A stretch of 64,000 bases of DNA from an uncultured Pirellulales bacterium (GTDB lineage Bacteria > Planctomycetota > Phycisphaerae > Sedimentisphaerales > Anaerohalosphaeraceae): positions 100,078-164,077 of the forward strand of contig CAZVPF010000002.1 of NCBI GenBank assembly GCA_964628195.1. Direction: 5' to 3'. Positions 46,101 through 54,936 of the stretch are shown one piece after another. A program made the translations under genes and the position numbers. Each line of letters begins with the position of its first letter. Positions within the stretch are counted from its first letter, which is position 1. The notes under the pieces were generated by a model, which ran no database searches, had not been told where the DNA came from, and saw only the letters and a list, made by a program, of their open reading frames with translations.

Positions 46101-46883
46101 ATGAACATGCTTCACTGGCAGACAAGCAAAACTATTCGGGTTGATTCATATAAGGTGCCATGCGCAAGGGAACCAGAGGACTCCGCATTTCCGCATGCGA
46201 TCAGACGGGACTCAAAATTGAAGGGCTTTGCTAAAAGAATCTTTTGGCCGTTTTTGTCCTGTCGCAACCGCATATTTGTTGACGGTTTTATCGAACGGGT
46301 TATAAAACGATGGGCCGCAGAATTAATTTCACCCGAAACGGTTTTTCTTGAAGTCGGGTGCGGCAATATGGAAATGATAAAAATCTTGCCGCCGGAATTG
46401 TATTATAATGGTTTCGATATCTCGCTCTCCCAATTTCATATCAGTCGAATAATGGAAAAAGACGGGAAAGTGAACATCGCTGTCGCAAGCGCGACAGATA
46501 TACCGCTTGCCGATTCCAGTGTCAACCTTATCATTTCGTGCGAAGTTTTCGAGCATATTCTCGATCTGGATAAAGCTATAAGCGAGATTCTCCGTGTAGC
46601 GATGCCGGGTGCGTCTTTACTTTGCAGTATTCCCAACAATTTCTGTCATAAGTACAAGGTGAAAGGGCCACATCCGGACCATGTCAATAATTTCACATTT
46701 CAGGGTTTTATTGATTACATGGAGACAAGAGGGTTTGACTGCAAAAAAAAATTAATGAAAGGCTTTTGGATTCCTTTTCCAAAATGGCTGGTTAAAACAA
46801 GCTGCCATCTCCCTGTAAAACCTAAGACTGAATATTATTGCACAAATTTTTTCTACCATTTCAAGGTGACTAAACAAAGTTAA
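46101..46883 (+). CDS. class I SAM-dependent methyltransferase
   Basis: Motif I FLEVGCGNM, then YNGFDISLSQ and VNLIISCEVFEHILD. Confidence 0.75.
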   Translation: MNMLHWQTSKTIRVDSYKVPCAREPEDSAFPHAIRRDSKLKGFAKRIFWPFLSCRNRIFVDGFIERVIKRWAAELISPETVFLEVGCGNMEMIKILPPELYYNGFDISLSQFHISRIMEKDGKVNIAVASATDIPLADSSVNLIISCEVFEHILDLDKAISEILRVAMPGASLLCSIPNNFCHKYKVKGPHPDHVNNFTFQGFIDYMETRGFDCKKKLMKGFWIPFPKWLVKTSCHLPVKPKTEYYCTNFFYHFKVTKQS

Positions 46884-48094
46884 TGCCGAGTTACCACCCT
46901 CAGTTAAAAGTTGCACATGTCCTTGCTTACCTTGCAAGCAGGTACGGAGGTCCGCCCAGAGTCGCATTAGCATTGGGCAAAGAGATGGCAAGGCTTGGTT
47001 GTGAATTATCGTATTATGCCACCTCTAAACAGGATGAAAAGCGCGAATTTGAAGATTCTCAGAAAAAAATTAAACTTTTTGAAACCACCTTGCTCAAAAG
47101 TTGGTATTACAGCCCAAGCATTTCAAAAGCACTTTTAAATGTAATAACCAACCTCGACATTGTTCATATACACGAACTCTGGTCATACCCTCAACTTGTC
47201 GCTTCCCGACTTTCTCGACGATCACAAACTCCCTACATTATAACTCCCCATGGCCTGCTCGAACACTGGCGGTACAACAGCAAAGGCTTCAAAAAAAGAG
47301 CTTATATGGCAGCGGTATGCAGGAAAATGCTTAATAACTCGGCCTGCCTGCATGCCATAACCCCACTCGAGGTCGAAGGTTTTCGGCGCATCGGCTACAA
47401 AGGGCCCGTGACAGTTATACCCAACGGCATTGACCCGGACGACTTTGCCGATATGCCCGAACCCAGGCAAGCCCAACTGGATTGGCCGATATTGAAAAAC
47501 AAAAGAACCGTCCTGTTCTTGTCCCGTCTCAGCAAAGAAAAAGGCCTTGACCTGCTTATCCCTGCATGGGCCCGCATGAAAGAGAAAAATTCATACGACG
47601 ATTGCGTTCTCATAATTGCCGGCCCCGATTACCGAGGCTATGCGAACACAGTGCAAAAGCTTGTGGACAGCTATCAAATAAATGACAGCGTGCTTATGAC
47701 CGGTATTGTTACCGGCCGAAGAAAGCTTTCACTGGTTTCTTGTGCGGATATTTACACGCTTCCATCTTACAGTGAGGGGTTCAGTATATCCCTGCTTGAA
47801 AACATGGTTGCCGCAAATCCGGTGTTAGCTACTACAGGATGCAACTTCCCTGAAATTGCCGAATATGATGCAGGAATTTGTGTCGAACCCGACATCGACC
47901 AGGTTAAGACATCTCTTGAAAAGCTTCTGGACCTTTCCCGCGAACGTCGATTACAAATGGGGCAAAATGGCAAAACACTGGTGTTGCAAAATTATACTTG
48001 GTCGGCAGCATCTAAAAAGATGCTCTCGGTCTATAAAAATATTGTCAGTGGCAGAGAAATACCAATGTTCCCTCAGGCTGAAGTGACAGGGTAA
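46883..48094 (+). CDS. GT4 (GT-B fold) glycosyltransferase
   Basis: LFLSRLSKEKGLDLLI...LIIAGPD...TLPSYSEGFSISLLENMVAANPVLAT. TAATG overlap with the upstream gene. Confidence 0.85.
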   Translation: MPSYHPQLKVAHVLAYLASRYGGPPRVALALGKEMARLGCELSYYATSKQDEKREFEDSQKKIKLFETTLLKSWYYSPSISKALLNVITNLDIVHIHELWSYPQLVASRLSRRSQTPYIITPHGLLEHWRYNSKGFKKRAYMAAVCRKMLNNSACLHAITPLEVEGFRRIGYKGPVTVIPNGIDPDDFADMPEPRQAQLDWPILKNKRTVLFLSRLSKEKGLDLLIPAWARMKEKNSYDDCVLIIAGPDYRGYANTVQKLVDSYQINDSVLMTGIVTGRRKLSLVSCADIYTLPSYSEGFSISLLENMVAANPVLATTGCNFPEIAEYDAGICVEPDIDQVKTSLEKLLDLSRERRLQMGQNGKTLVLQNYTWSAASKKMLSVYKNIVSGREIPMFPQAEVTG

Positions 48095-48101
48095 TGAAAA
48101 C

Positions 48102-48848
48102 ATGATGATTTCTATAATTACTGTTTGTTACAACAGCGAAGCTACGATTAGACAAACTATCGAGAGCGTGATATCACAGGATTATGAAAAAATCCAGTAT
48201 ATCATTATCGATGGCGGCTCAACCGACCAAACTCTCAAAATTATTAAACAGTTTCCCGAAGCGGTGGACAAGTGTGTTTCCGAACCGGACCGGGGCGTCT
48301 ATGACGCCATGAACAAAGGAATTTCACAGGCAAACGGTGATTTAATAGCATTCCTAAATGCTGATGACATTTACGCCTATCCGCAAGCCGTCAGGGATAT
48401 GGTAAATTTAATAATTAACGATAAAGTTGATGCCGCCTATGCCGACCTCATGTATGTCGACAGATACAAAGACAACAAAATTGTAAGAAAATGGAAAACC
48501 GGGCCATATAAAACAGACGCTTTTCGTTACGGCTGGGTACCACCTCATCCGACATTTTTCTGTAAGAAAAGCGTATATAAGGAATTAGGTGTTTTTGACA
48601 CAAACTTTGAAGTTGCCGCTGATTTTGAGCTTATGCTTCGTTTTATCGAAAAGAACAGCCTGAAAACCGCCTACCTGCCTCGATACCTTGTAAAGATGCG
48701 AACAGGTGGAAAAGCCAACCAGGTTCCCGGCATTGCCAGGGGCAACCGCGACATTCTCAGGGCATTTTCAAAACATAAAATAAAACCATCCCCTTTATAC
48801 TTTTTAATTAAACCAGTGACAAAAGCCTTGCAATATATTCTTAAATAA
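48102..48848 (+). CDS. GT2 family glycosyltransferase
   Basis: ISIITVCYNSEATIRQTIESVISQ...IIIDGGSTDQT...IAFLNADD. Confidence 0.85.
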   Translation: MMISIITVCYNSEATIRQTIESVISQDYEKIQYIIIDGGSTDQTLKIIKQFPEAVDKCVSEPDRGVYDAMNKGISQANGDLIAFLNADDIYAYPQAVRDMVNLIINDKVDAAYADLMYVDRYKDNKIVRKWKTGPYKTDAFRYGWVPPHPTFFCKKSVYKELGVFDTNFEVAADFELMLRFIEKNSLKTAYLPRYLVKMRTGGKANQVPGIARGNRDILRAFSKHKIKPSPLYFLIKPVTKALQYILK

Positions 48849-48952
48849 CATACATTCCGCTGTTGAGGCCTAGTCATCGAGAGAGAATGACAGATACAGT
48901 CGAATTGTGGAATTTATCAAAAAAATGACCCCCGCTTCATTGGAGAAGCATT

Positions 48953-50227
48953 ATGAATACAAAGACAGCAATATGGATTCAGTTGCTTCTTTTTATATTT
49001 GATGTCTTTTTAATTAATGTTATTTTTCTTGGCAGTTTTGCACTGCGTTACGGGTTGCCGCTCCCTGGATATAATTTCCGGCCCTACAAAGAAAATTTCC
49101 TTTTTGTGACATTTCTTTATGCCCTTGCTTTCGCTATTTGTGGCTGCTTTCGACCGAGATACCAGTCCCGCTGGGCACTGTTTAAGTGTGTCTTCAAAGG
49201 GATTTTTGTGGGTACGCTGCTCGGCGTATCACTTGTGTATGTTAATAGGGAGCAATGGTCGGCTTTTCCCTCAAGCGTATTTCTTATCGCCTTCATATTC
49301 GGGCTTTTTGTAATTTTCCCCCTGCACTTGATTGTTCTAAGTATCGCTGACAGAATAAGAAAAAAAGTCTTGATTATAGGACAGGGAAGGATTGAAGATG
49401 TCCTTGATGAAAAAAGTAGAACTGACTGCAAGCAGATTGAAAAGATTGAAGATATCCTGCATCATGAAGATGCAGATGAAATTATTATCTGCAAAGAATT
49501 TCATGATGATGCCCAGATGAATCTTCTTATCTTTCTTTTGCTCAAACTTAATATCAATGTCATCTTCAGTCCTGCTTTATATGCCAAGTTGCTGTCGGAA
49601 AGTGTGATGGAGGAAAATGCCCTGAGATATGTTGCTACCTCGCTCGGTAGAAAATCCGACACGGAGGAATTTCTTATTCGCGCTCTTGACATCTTATTGA
49701 GTCTTGTCCTGTTGCTGGTCCTCTCGCCGGTTATGCTCCTCATCGCCTGCCTCGTTAAGTTAAGCTCTCCAGGACCGGTCATTTTCTGTCAGACAAGGCT
49801 TGCCAAAGATGGCGAGCCATTTATTTTGTACAAGTTTCGGACAATGGTGGATAACGCGGAAAGAGAATCCGGCCCCGTGTTAGCATCCGAAAACGATGAT
49901 CGTGTAACACCTATCGGGGCCTTTTTAAGGCAGACACGGCTTGACGAGATGCCGCAGTTGTTCAACGTTCTTCTCGGCCAGATGAGCCTCGTCGGTCCCC
50001 GCCCTGAACGGCTGCATTTTATCAGGCAGCATCGAGTTCTCAGAGAAATGCGGCTTGCGGTAAAGCCCGGCCTGACAGGTTTCGCTCAAATTCGCAATCT
50101 TTACGATCTTCACCCACGGCACAAGATTAAGTACGATTACCTTTACATACAAAAAAGGTCCTTGGCGCTGAACCTCTATATACTGTTAAAGACCCTGCCC
50201 GTAATTATAATGCGGAAGGGGCGTTGA
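48953..50227 (+). CDS. polyprenyl-phosphate glycosyl-1-phosphate transferase (WbaP/EpsB-type initiating enzyme)
   Basis: N-terminal TM helices and a central linker. The C-terminus is a 'bacterial sugar transferase' domain (ILYKFRTM...RLDEMPQLFNVLLGQMSLVGPRPE). Confidence 0.9.
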   Translation: MNTKTAIWIQLLLFIFDVFLINVIFLGSFALRYGLPLPGYNFRPYKENFLFVTFLYALAFAICGCFRPRYQSRWALFKCVFKGIFVGTLLGVSLVYVNREQWSAFPSSVFLIAFIFGLFVIFPLHLIVLSIADRIRKKVLIIGQGRIEDVLDEKSRTDCKQIEKIEDILHHEDADEIIICKEFHDDAQMNLLIFLLLKLNINVIFSPALYAKLLSESVMEENALRYVATSLGRKSDTEEFLIRALDILLSLVLLLVLSPVMLLIACLVKLSSPGPVIFCQTRLAKDGEPFILYKFRTMVDNAERESGPVLASENDDRVTPIGAFLRQTRLDEMPQLFNVLLGQMSLVGPRPERLHFIRQHRVLREMRLAVKPGLTGFAQIRNLYDLHPRHKIKYDYLYIQKRSLALNLYILLKTLPVIIMRKGR

Positions 50228-50230
50228 ATA

Positions 50231-51760
50231 TCACTCCCTGTTTTCATCACACTGGAAGATCTTTAGCAGTTTCTTTTTATCTTCATCCAGCCATAATGAA
50301 TTAACTAGCCAGCCATATTCTCCGGTCCCTTGTTGGCCATCCTTCTCATCAGTAATGTCCAAAATGTAATCATAGTTTTCAGGAATATACTTGTCGTTGT
50401 ATCGTAATCCCTCCCTGCCTGCATACAAGGGTATCCGCAAATCTTCCGCCGCAATAATATCTTCAGGGTCCGTATTGTCTTTTATCCATTCTGCAGCTGT
50501 AAGGAAACCCTTTTTGTCGCTGCCGATAGGAAAAAGATTAACCGCTTTGCCGGCATTTGCTGCAAATCCGAGAATAACAAGAATTCCGAACCAGCACATT
50601 TTGCTGTCTTTCTTCAGACCGAAAAAATCCTTATCCTTACCACCGCTTAAAAAGCCTGCCATTTTCTCAATCCCCGCGGGAACGTAAAAAAACGTCAGAA
50701 TAGCCATAGACAGGCAGTGCCTTCTGCTGATATATTGCCAATTTATATAAAGCAGGATCATCATCACCGCGTAAATCATCAGCATCAGTGAAACAATCAT
50801 CTCCTTACTGGAAGAATCGCTCCTGATCTTTCGCAAGCCGCAGAACAAACCAATGCCCCATGGAATGAAAAAGTAGTAGTTCAGATTTTCCGATAATCGG
50901 CTTATAAGCTTTCCAGTTCCCCGTACTGCATCGATTCCAGTTCCTGTCCTTTGGATAGATGGAACAGTGGTTTCTTTTAAGGGTGCACTCAAGTTATCCC
51001 TGCTGATTATCAGCCTGAATTTCGAAGGTAACTTTCTTTCAGACATACATATATGGGGCCCTGCGGTTACTGTAAAACCAGCCGCTAAATATAGACTAAA
51101 AGCTAATACTTTGGCTGGGAGCATTTTATGCTTTCTGGAAATAATTGTAGCTACAGCCCAGAAAAAACAAATTATAATTATTATACCGGATTCAGGTCGT
51201 ATCAAATAACCCAAACCGCAAAATAAACCGGATAGAAAAAATAGTCTTCTTAATCTATTTTCCATACCCAGTGCGAGAAACATAAACGACGTTGAGAAAA
51301 ATAAAAGGTAAGGCCATTCTCTAAGAATATCCGCACCCATCTCCGCAGGGTAGGGCAAAGTCAGCAAAATAAGCATACCCAAAAAACTGTAACCCCTGCA
51401 GACAAAGACCCTTCCCAGCAAATAAAGCGGAACCACGCAAAGAGTCCTGCAAACAAGCGAAGCGATCTGCCCTGACAAAATCCAGTTTCTTATGCCGAAA
51501 ACGCTCAGAAGCTTAAAATGGCCCCATATTAAAAACCCATACCCCGGGTGAGGCCGGCTAAAAGCATCGAACGGCTCGGAATCGACCTGTTTCGCCGACT
51601 CTATATAATACGGCCCGTCTTTTGTTATCAAAACAGTCGTTGCGATCAGCCATGCACCGATTGTAATACTCAGACCCGCAAGGACCAGCAAATATATTAA
51701 ATCAGACCGCCCGAACGAAAAAGAACTTTTTGAACCAACAGCCGAATCCTTATCTTTCAT
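50231..51760 (-). CDS. GT-C-like (ArnT/PMT_2, GT39/83-like) membrane glycosyltransferase with C-terminal soluble domain
   Basis: About 11 TM helices, a first-loop TKDGPYYIESA motif and GYLIRPE. The C-terminal ~130 aa are soluble. I prefer ATG 51760, preceded by GGAGA, over TTG 51817. It is convergent with the WbaP-like gene. Confidence 0.55.
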   Translation of the reverse strand: MKDKDSAVGSKSSFSFGRSDLIYLLVLAGLSITIGAWLIATTVLITKDGPYYIESAKQVDSEPFDAFSRPHPGYGFLIWGHFKLLSVFGIRNWILSGQIASLVCRTLCVVPLYLLGRVFVCRGYSFLGMLILLTLPYPAEMGADILREWPYLLFFSTSFMFLALGMENRLRRLFFLSGLFCGLGYLIRPESGIIIIICFFWAVATIISRKHKMLPAKVLAFSLYLAAGFTVTAGPHICMSERKLPSKFRLIISRDNLSAPLKETTVPSIQRTGTGIDAVRGTGKLISRLSENLNYYFFIPWGIGLFCGLRKIRSDSSSKEMIVSLMLMIYAVMMILLYINWQYISRRHCLSMAILTFFYVPAGIEKMAGFLSGGKDKDFFGLKKDSKMCWFGILVILGFAANAGKAVNLFPIGSDKKGFLTAAEWIKDNTDPEDIIAAEDLRIPLYAGREGLRYNDKYIPENYDYILDITDEKDGQQGTGEYGWLVNSLWLDEDKKKLLKIFQCDENRE

Positions 51761-51911
51761 GTCAAATATTCTCCATATTAACCCGAGAATTCTAACTGTT
51801 ACATTTGAGCATTTCAAGTTTATTAATCTTGCTCCAAATTTGCACTTGAGTTATTGCGCATTTGAGCTTAATTATAAATTATTCGCTTTTAATTAATTAA
51901 AAGAATTTACA

Positions 51912-52412
51912 ATGGATAATCCGCAAAACATAACTGATATTGAAAAACAGGACGAGCGTTTCATGAAGGTCGCCATCGACCAGGCATTCATCGCCGAGCA
52001 AAACGGCGATGTTCCGATAGGCTGCTGCATCGTCTACAACGGCATAGTCATTGCCAAGGCATACAACCAGCGCGAGCAGTTAAACGACCCCACCGCCCAC
52101 GCAGAGATAATCGCCCTCACCCAGGCCGCAGACTACCTTAAATCATGGCGGCTGCACGGCTGTACGATATACGTAACCCTCGAACCGTGCCCCATGTGCG
52201 CCGGAGCACTTGTCCTGGCAAGGCTCGACCGCCTCGTCTACGGGTGCGACGACCCGAAAACCGGGGCCGTCAAAAGCCTCTACAATATCCCCCAAGACCC
52301 CCGACTTAACCACCGCCTCGCAGTAAAATCCGCTGTCATGGCCGACACCTGTTCGGACATATTATCCAGCTTTTTTGCCCGCAAGCGAAAAACAGCCCCC
52401 AAAACCGACTGA
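51912..52412 (+). CDS. tadA: tRNA-specific adenosine(34) deaminase
   Basis: CDA-fold zinc motifs HAEIIAL and PCPMCAGAL, and a 166-aa length. Confidence 0.9.
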   Translation: MDNPQNITDIEKQDERFMKVAIDQAFIAEQNGDVPIGCCIVYNGIVIAKAYNQREQLNDPTAHAEIIALTQAADYLKSWRLHGCTIYVTLEPCPMCAGALVLARLDRLVYGCDDPKTGAVKSLYNIPQDPRLNHRLAVKSAVMADTCSDILSSFFARKRKTAPKTD

Positions 52413-52499
52413 CCACCATTTACATTTAGTATGAATTTTTATGAAAAATTTCTTGAATTGTTACCCCGACAACGATAAATTAAAAGTTTCGATTTTTTC

Positions 52500-52572
52500 G
52501 GGTGATTAGCTCAGCCGGTAGAGCAGCGGATTCTTAATCCGGAGGTCACAGGTTCGAATCCTGTATCACCCA
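52500..52572 (+). tRNA. tRNA-Lys (anticodon CTT)
   Basis: Hand-folded 73-nt cloverleaf. Acceptor GGGTGAT/ATCACCC, D stem GCTC/GAGC, anticodon loop TTCTTAA (CTT at 52533-52535), T arm ACAGG-TTCGAAT-CCTGT, discriminator A. No CCA is encoded. Confidence 0.9.
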
Positions 52573-52829
52573 TTCTGTGCCTTTTTACCTGTTCCCAAAA
52601 ATCCATGCAAGTCTCAGGTAAACCCTTTTGATGTAAGAACTTACAGTTTTCTTCCGCTTCGCGAATTCTTGCAGCCGCTTACAGGTCTCTTATCACCCGA
52701 GTGCACCCGTCCTAACATCATTATAATGTGATCATCTTCCAGTCCAAACAGGCTTGAATTCGTTTGTTTCCTGTTCAACACGTTCTTATTAAATAAATTT
52801 GTCTTGCTTTAACCGGTTTGAGCAGTAAA

Positions 52830-52855
52830 ATAATATAACGTGTACGATATATTAT
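52830..52855 (+). promoter_or_regulatory. 26-nt near-perfect palindrome overlapping a TATAAT box; candidate MarR operator
   Basis: ATAATATAACGTGTACGATATATTAT matches its own reverse complement at 22 of 26 positions, with perfect outer 8-bp arms. TATAAT lies at 52853-52858, and the marR ATG at 52874 follows an AAGGTGA ribosome-binding site. Confidence 0.4.
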
Positions 52856-52873
52856 AATTAAGGTGAATGCTTT

Positions 52874-53431
52874 ATGAAAGGATCAACGCCTACAAGTGCT
52901 GTGTTCGTCGCTTTAAGACGGATAATAAGGGCAATCGATTTGCGGTCCAGGTTTCTGGTCAACAAATTCGGCATTACGGGTCCGCAAATAGCTATTATGA
53001 ACGAGCTGTCAGCTCACGGCGGAATATCAATTTGCGACCTGAAAAGAAAAGTCCACCTCAGCCAGGCAACTGTAACCGGCATAATCGACAGGCTCGAAAA
53101 GAAGGGCTTTGTCGAGAGACGCCAATGTAGCAAGGATAAAAGACGCGTCGAAATATGGCTTACAGAACAGGGCACCGAGGTCTTAAACGAGGCTCCGCCG
53201 CTGCTTCAGGAAGAGTTTACGGAGCAGTTTCTGCGGCTCGAAGACTGGGAACAGACCCAGATATTGTCTTCCCTGCAGCGGGTCGTTTCAATGATGGAAG
53301 CACGCGACATCGAAGCAACCCCTATGCTCGCTACCGGCCCGATCTCGGCGACATTTGAAAATACAAAAGAATTTCTTCAAGAAAACTCTAACAATAACCT
53401 TAAAGGAGTATCCACAAACAATGTCAATTAA
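52874..53431 (+). CDS. MarR-family transcriptional regulator
   Basis: Winged-helix region ITGPQIAIMNELSAHGGISICDLKRKVHLSQATVTGIIDRLEKKGFVERR..DKRRV. Confidence 0.85.
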   Translation: MKGSTPTSAVFVALRRIIRAIDLRSRFLVNKFGITGPQIAIMNELSAHGGISICDLKRKVHLSQATVTGIIDRLEKKGFVERRQCSKDKRRVEIWLTEQGTEVLNEAPPLLQEEFTEQFLRLEDWEQTQILSSLQRVVSMMEARDIEATPMLATGPISATFENTKEFLQENSNNNLKGVSTNNVN

Positions 53432-54890
53432 AACAGCATCAGTTAATGAAAAAGTGGGTTTTCAGTCGTCTCTTTATCAGCCGTTAGACGAAACTGCCCT
53501 GCAAAAAACAGCGGCTTCAGCTTTCGAGGTCCTCGAAAAATCCGGCGTCGCCGTTTATTCCGATACCGCTTTTGAGGCCTTTAAAAAAGCCGGGGCAATT
53601 GTCGATACCCGGACAAGAACAGTCAAGCTGCCCAAAAGCCTGGTTGAAGATTCGATCGACTCTAACCCTTCTTCAATTACATTGTATTCAAGGGACAGAA
53701 AGACAGATATTCATCTTGAAAAAAACAGGGTCCACTACGGAACAGGCGGAACCGCAATATATGTTATTGACCCCGACACCAGACAGCGAAGGCAGTCTAC
53801 AAACAAAGATGTCGCTCTTAATGCCCGCCTGGTTGAAGACCTTGAAAATATCCATTTATTTACTATCAATGTCTTCCCCAATGACATACAGGATAATAAC
53901 TCGATAGACATAAATCGCTTTTTCCATGCCCTTGACAATACCCAGAAACATATAATGGGCGGAATATACTCGCTTCAGGGCTGTAAACAGGTCATCGAAA
54001 TGGCCGAGATGATCGCAGGTGGAGAGGAAGCCCTCAGGAAAGAACCCTTTGTCTCGTTTATCACCCTGCTTATAAGTCCCTTCAAGATCGACGACCACTA
54101 CGGCGAAATGACATGCCACATTGCCGAGAAAGGGTTGCCCGTTGTTGTGCCCACTGAGCCTATCTGCGGAACGACCTCGCCGATAACCCTTGCAGGAAAC
54201 GTCCTTACCCACATCGCTGAAACACTTGCAGGCATTGCTCTTGTTCAATGTGTCAACAAAGGCGCGCCCGGTATATGTGGAAGCGTAGGTTCAATTACCG
54301 ACCTTAGAACAATGAACCACCTCGGCGGAGCAATAGAACGGGCAATGATCAACTCAGCCGTCGCCCAGCTTGCACAGCATTTCAGTATTCCATTGTACTC
54401 CACCGCAGGAACCACCGATTCCAAGAACCTGGATATGCAAAGCGCCTATGAAAGCGGAATGTCAAACCTGCTTGTCGCGATGTCGGGCGCCAACTACATC
54501 CACGACTCAGCAGGTCTGATGGAATCCGATCTCACCGTTTCCTACGAAAAACTTGTAGTCGATAATGAAATTCTCGGCATGTGCCAGAGAGTCCTAAAGG
54601 GCATAGAGGTAAACGACGAAACCCTCGGCCTTGACATGATGGTAAACAAGGGCCCTGCAAAGGATTACCTTGCAGAAGAGCATACAATTAAATATATGCA
54701 CGACGAATTCTTCATGCCCGACCTTGCCAACAGGGACAAGCGTGAAGGCTGCGGCGAAAAAGACGACGCTCTCGGAAGGGCAAAACAGTTCGTTGACCGG
54801 GTAAGATCCGCCGCACCCCAGGGCTGCATTGACAGCGGCATAAGGGAAAAAATATTGAAAAAGTTTGCCAATATTCAAAAAGCCGACTGA
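53421..54890 (+). CDS. MttB-superfamily (trimethylamine methyltransferase family, non-pyrrolysine) methyltransferase, paralog 1
   Basis: About 490 aa with MttB-like similarity over its full length (..YGTGGTAIYV.., ..ISPFKIDDHYGE.., ..VVVPTEPICGTTSPITLAG..) and no in-frame stop. ATG 53421 is preceded by AAAGGAG. Confidence 0.8.
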   Translation: MSIKTASVNEKVGFQSSLYQPLDETALQKTAASAFEVLEKSGVAVYSDTAFEAFKKAGAIVDTRTRTVKLPKSLVEDSIDSNPSSITLYSRDRKTDIHLEKNRVHYGTGGTAIYVIDPDTRQRRQSTNKDVALNARLVEDLENIHLFTINVFPNDIQDNNSIDINRFFHALDNTQKHIMGGIYSLQGCKQVIEMAEMIAGGEEALRKEPFVSFITLLISPFKIDDHYGEMTCHIAEKGLPVVVPTEPICGTTSPITLAGNVLTHIAETLAGIALVQCVNKGAPGICGSVGSITDLRTMNHLGGAIERAMINSAVAQLAQHFSIPLYSTAGTTDSKNLDMQSAYESGMSNLLVAMSGANYIHDSAGLMESDLTVSYEKLVVDNEILGMCQRVLKGIEVNDETLGLDMMVNKGPAKDYLAEEHTIKYMHDEFFMPDLANRDKREGCGEKDDALGRAKQFVDRVRSAAPQGCIDSGIREKILKKFANIQKAD

Positions 54891-54936
54891 CACAACTTTT
54901 CCCAAAACGAACCTGAAAACTAAAACGGAGAACAAA

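Noticed and set aside
52573-52829. Integrated mobile element or att site downstream of tRNA-Lys
   Set aside because: No integrase, excisionase or phage/ICE genes follow the tRNA. I found no direct repeat of the tRNA 3' end in the adjacent sequence by eye. The AT-rich glycan island lies on the 5' side, separated from the tRNA by tadA. A systematic repeat search could still reveal a degenerate att site.
52867-53130. 87-aa ORF overlapping the marR start in another frame
   Set aside because: It lies entirely within the MarR coding region in an alternative frame. Its composition is Arg/Asn-rich and biased, and it has no ribosome-binding site. The MarR frame has clear family motifs.
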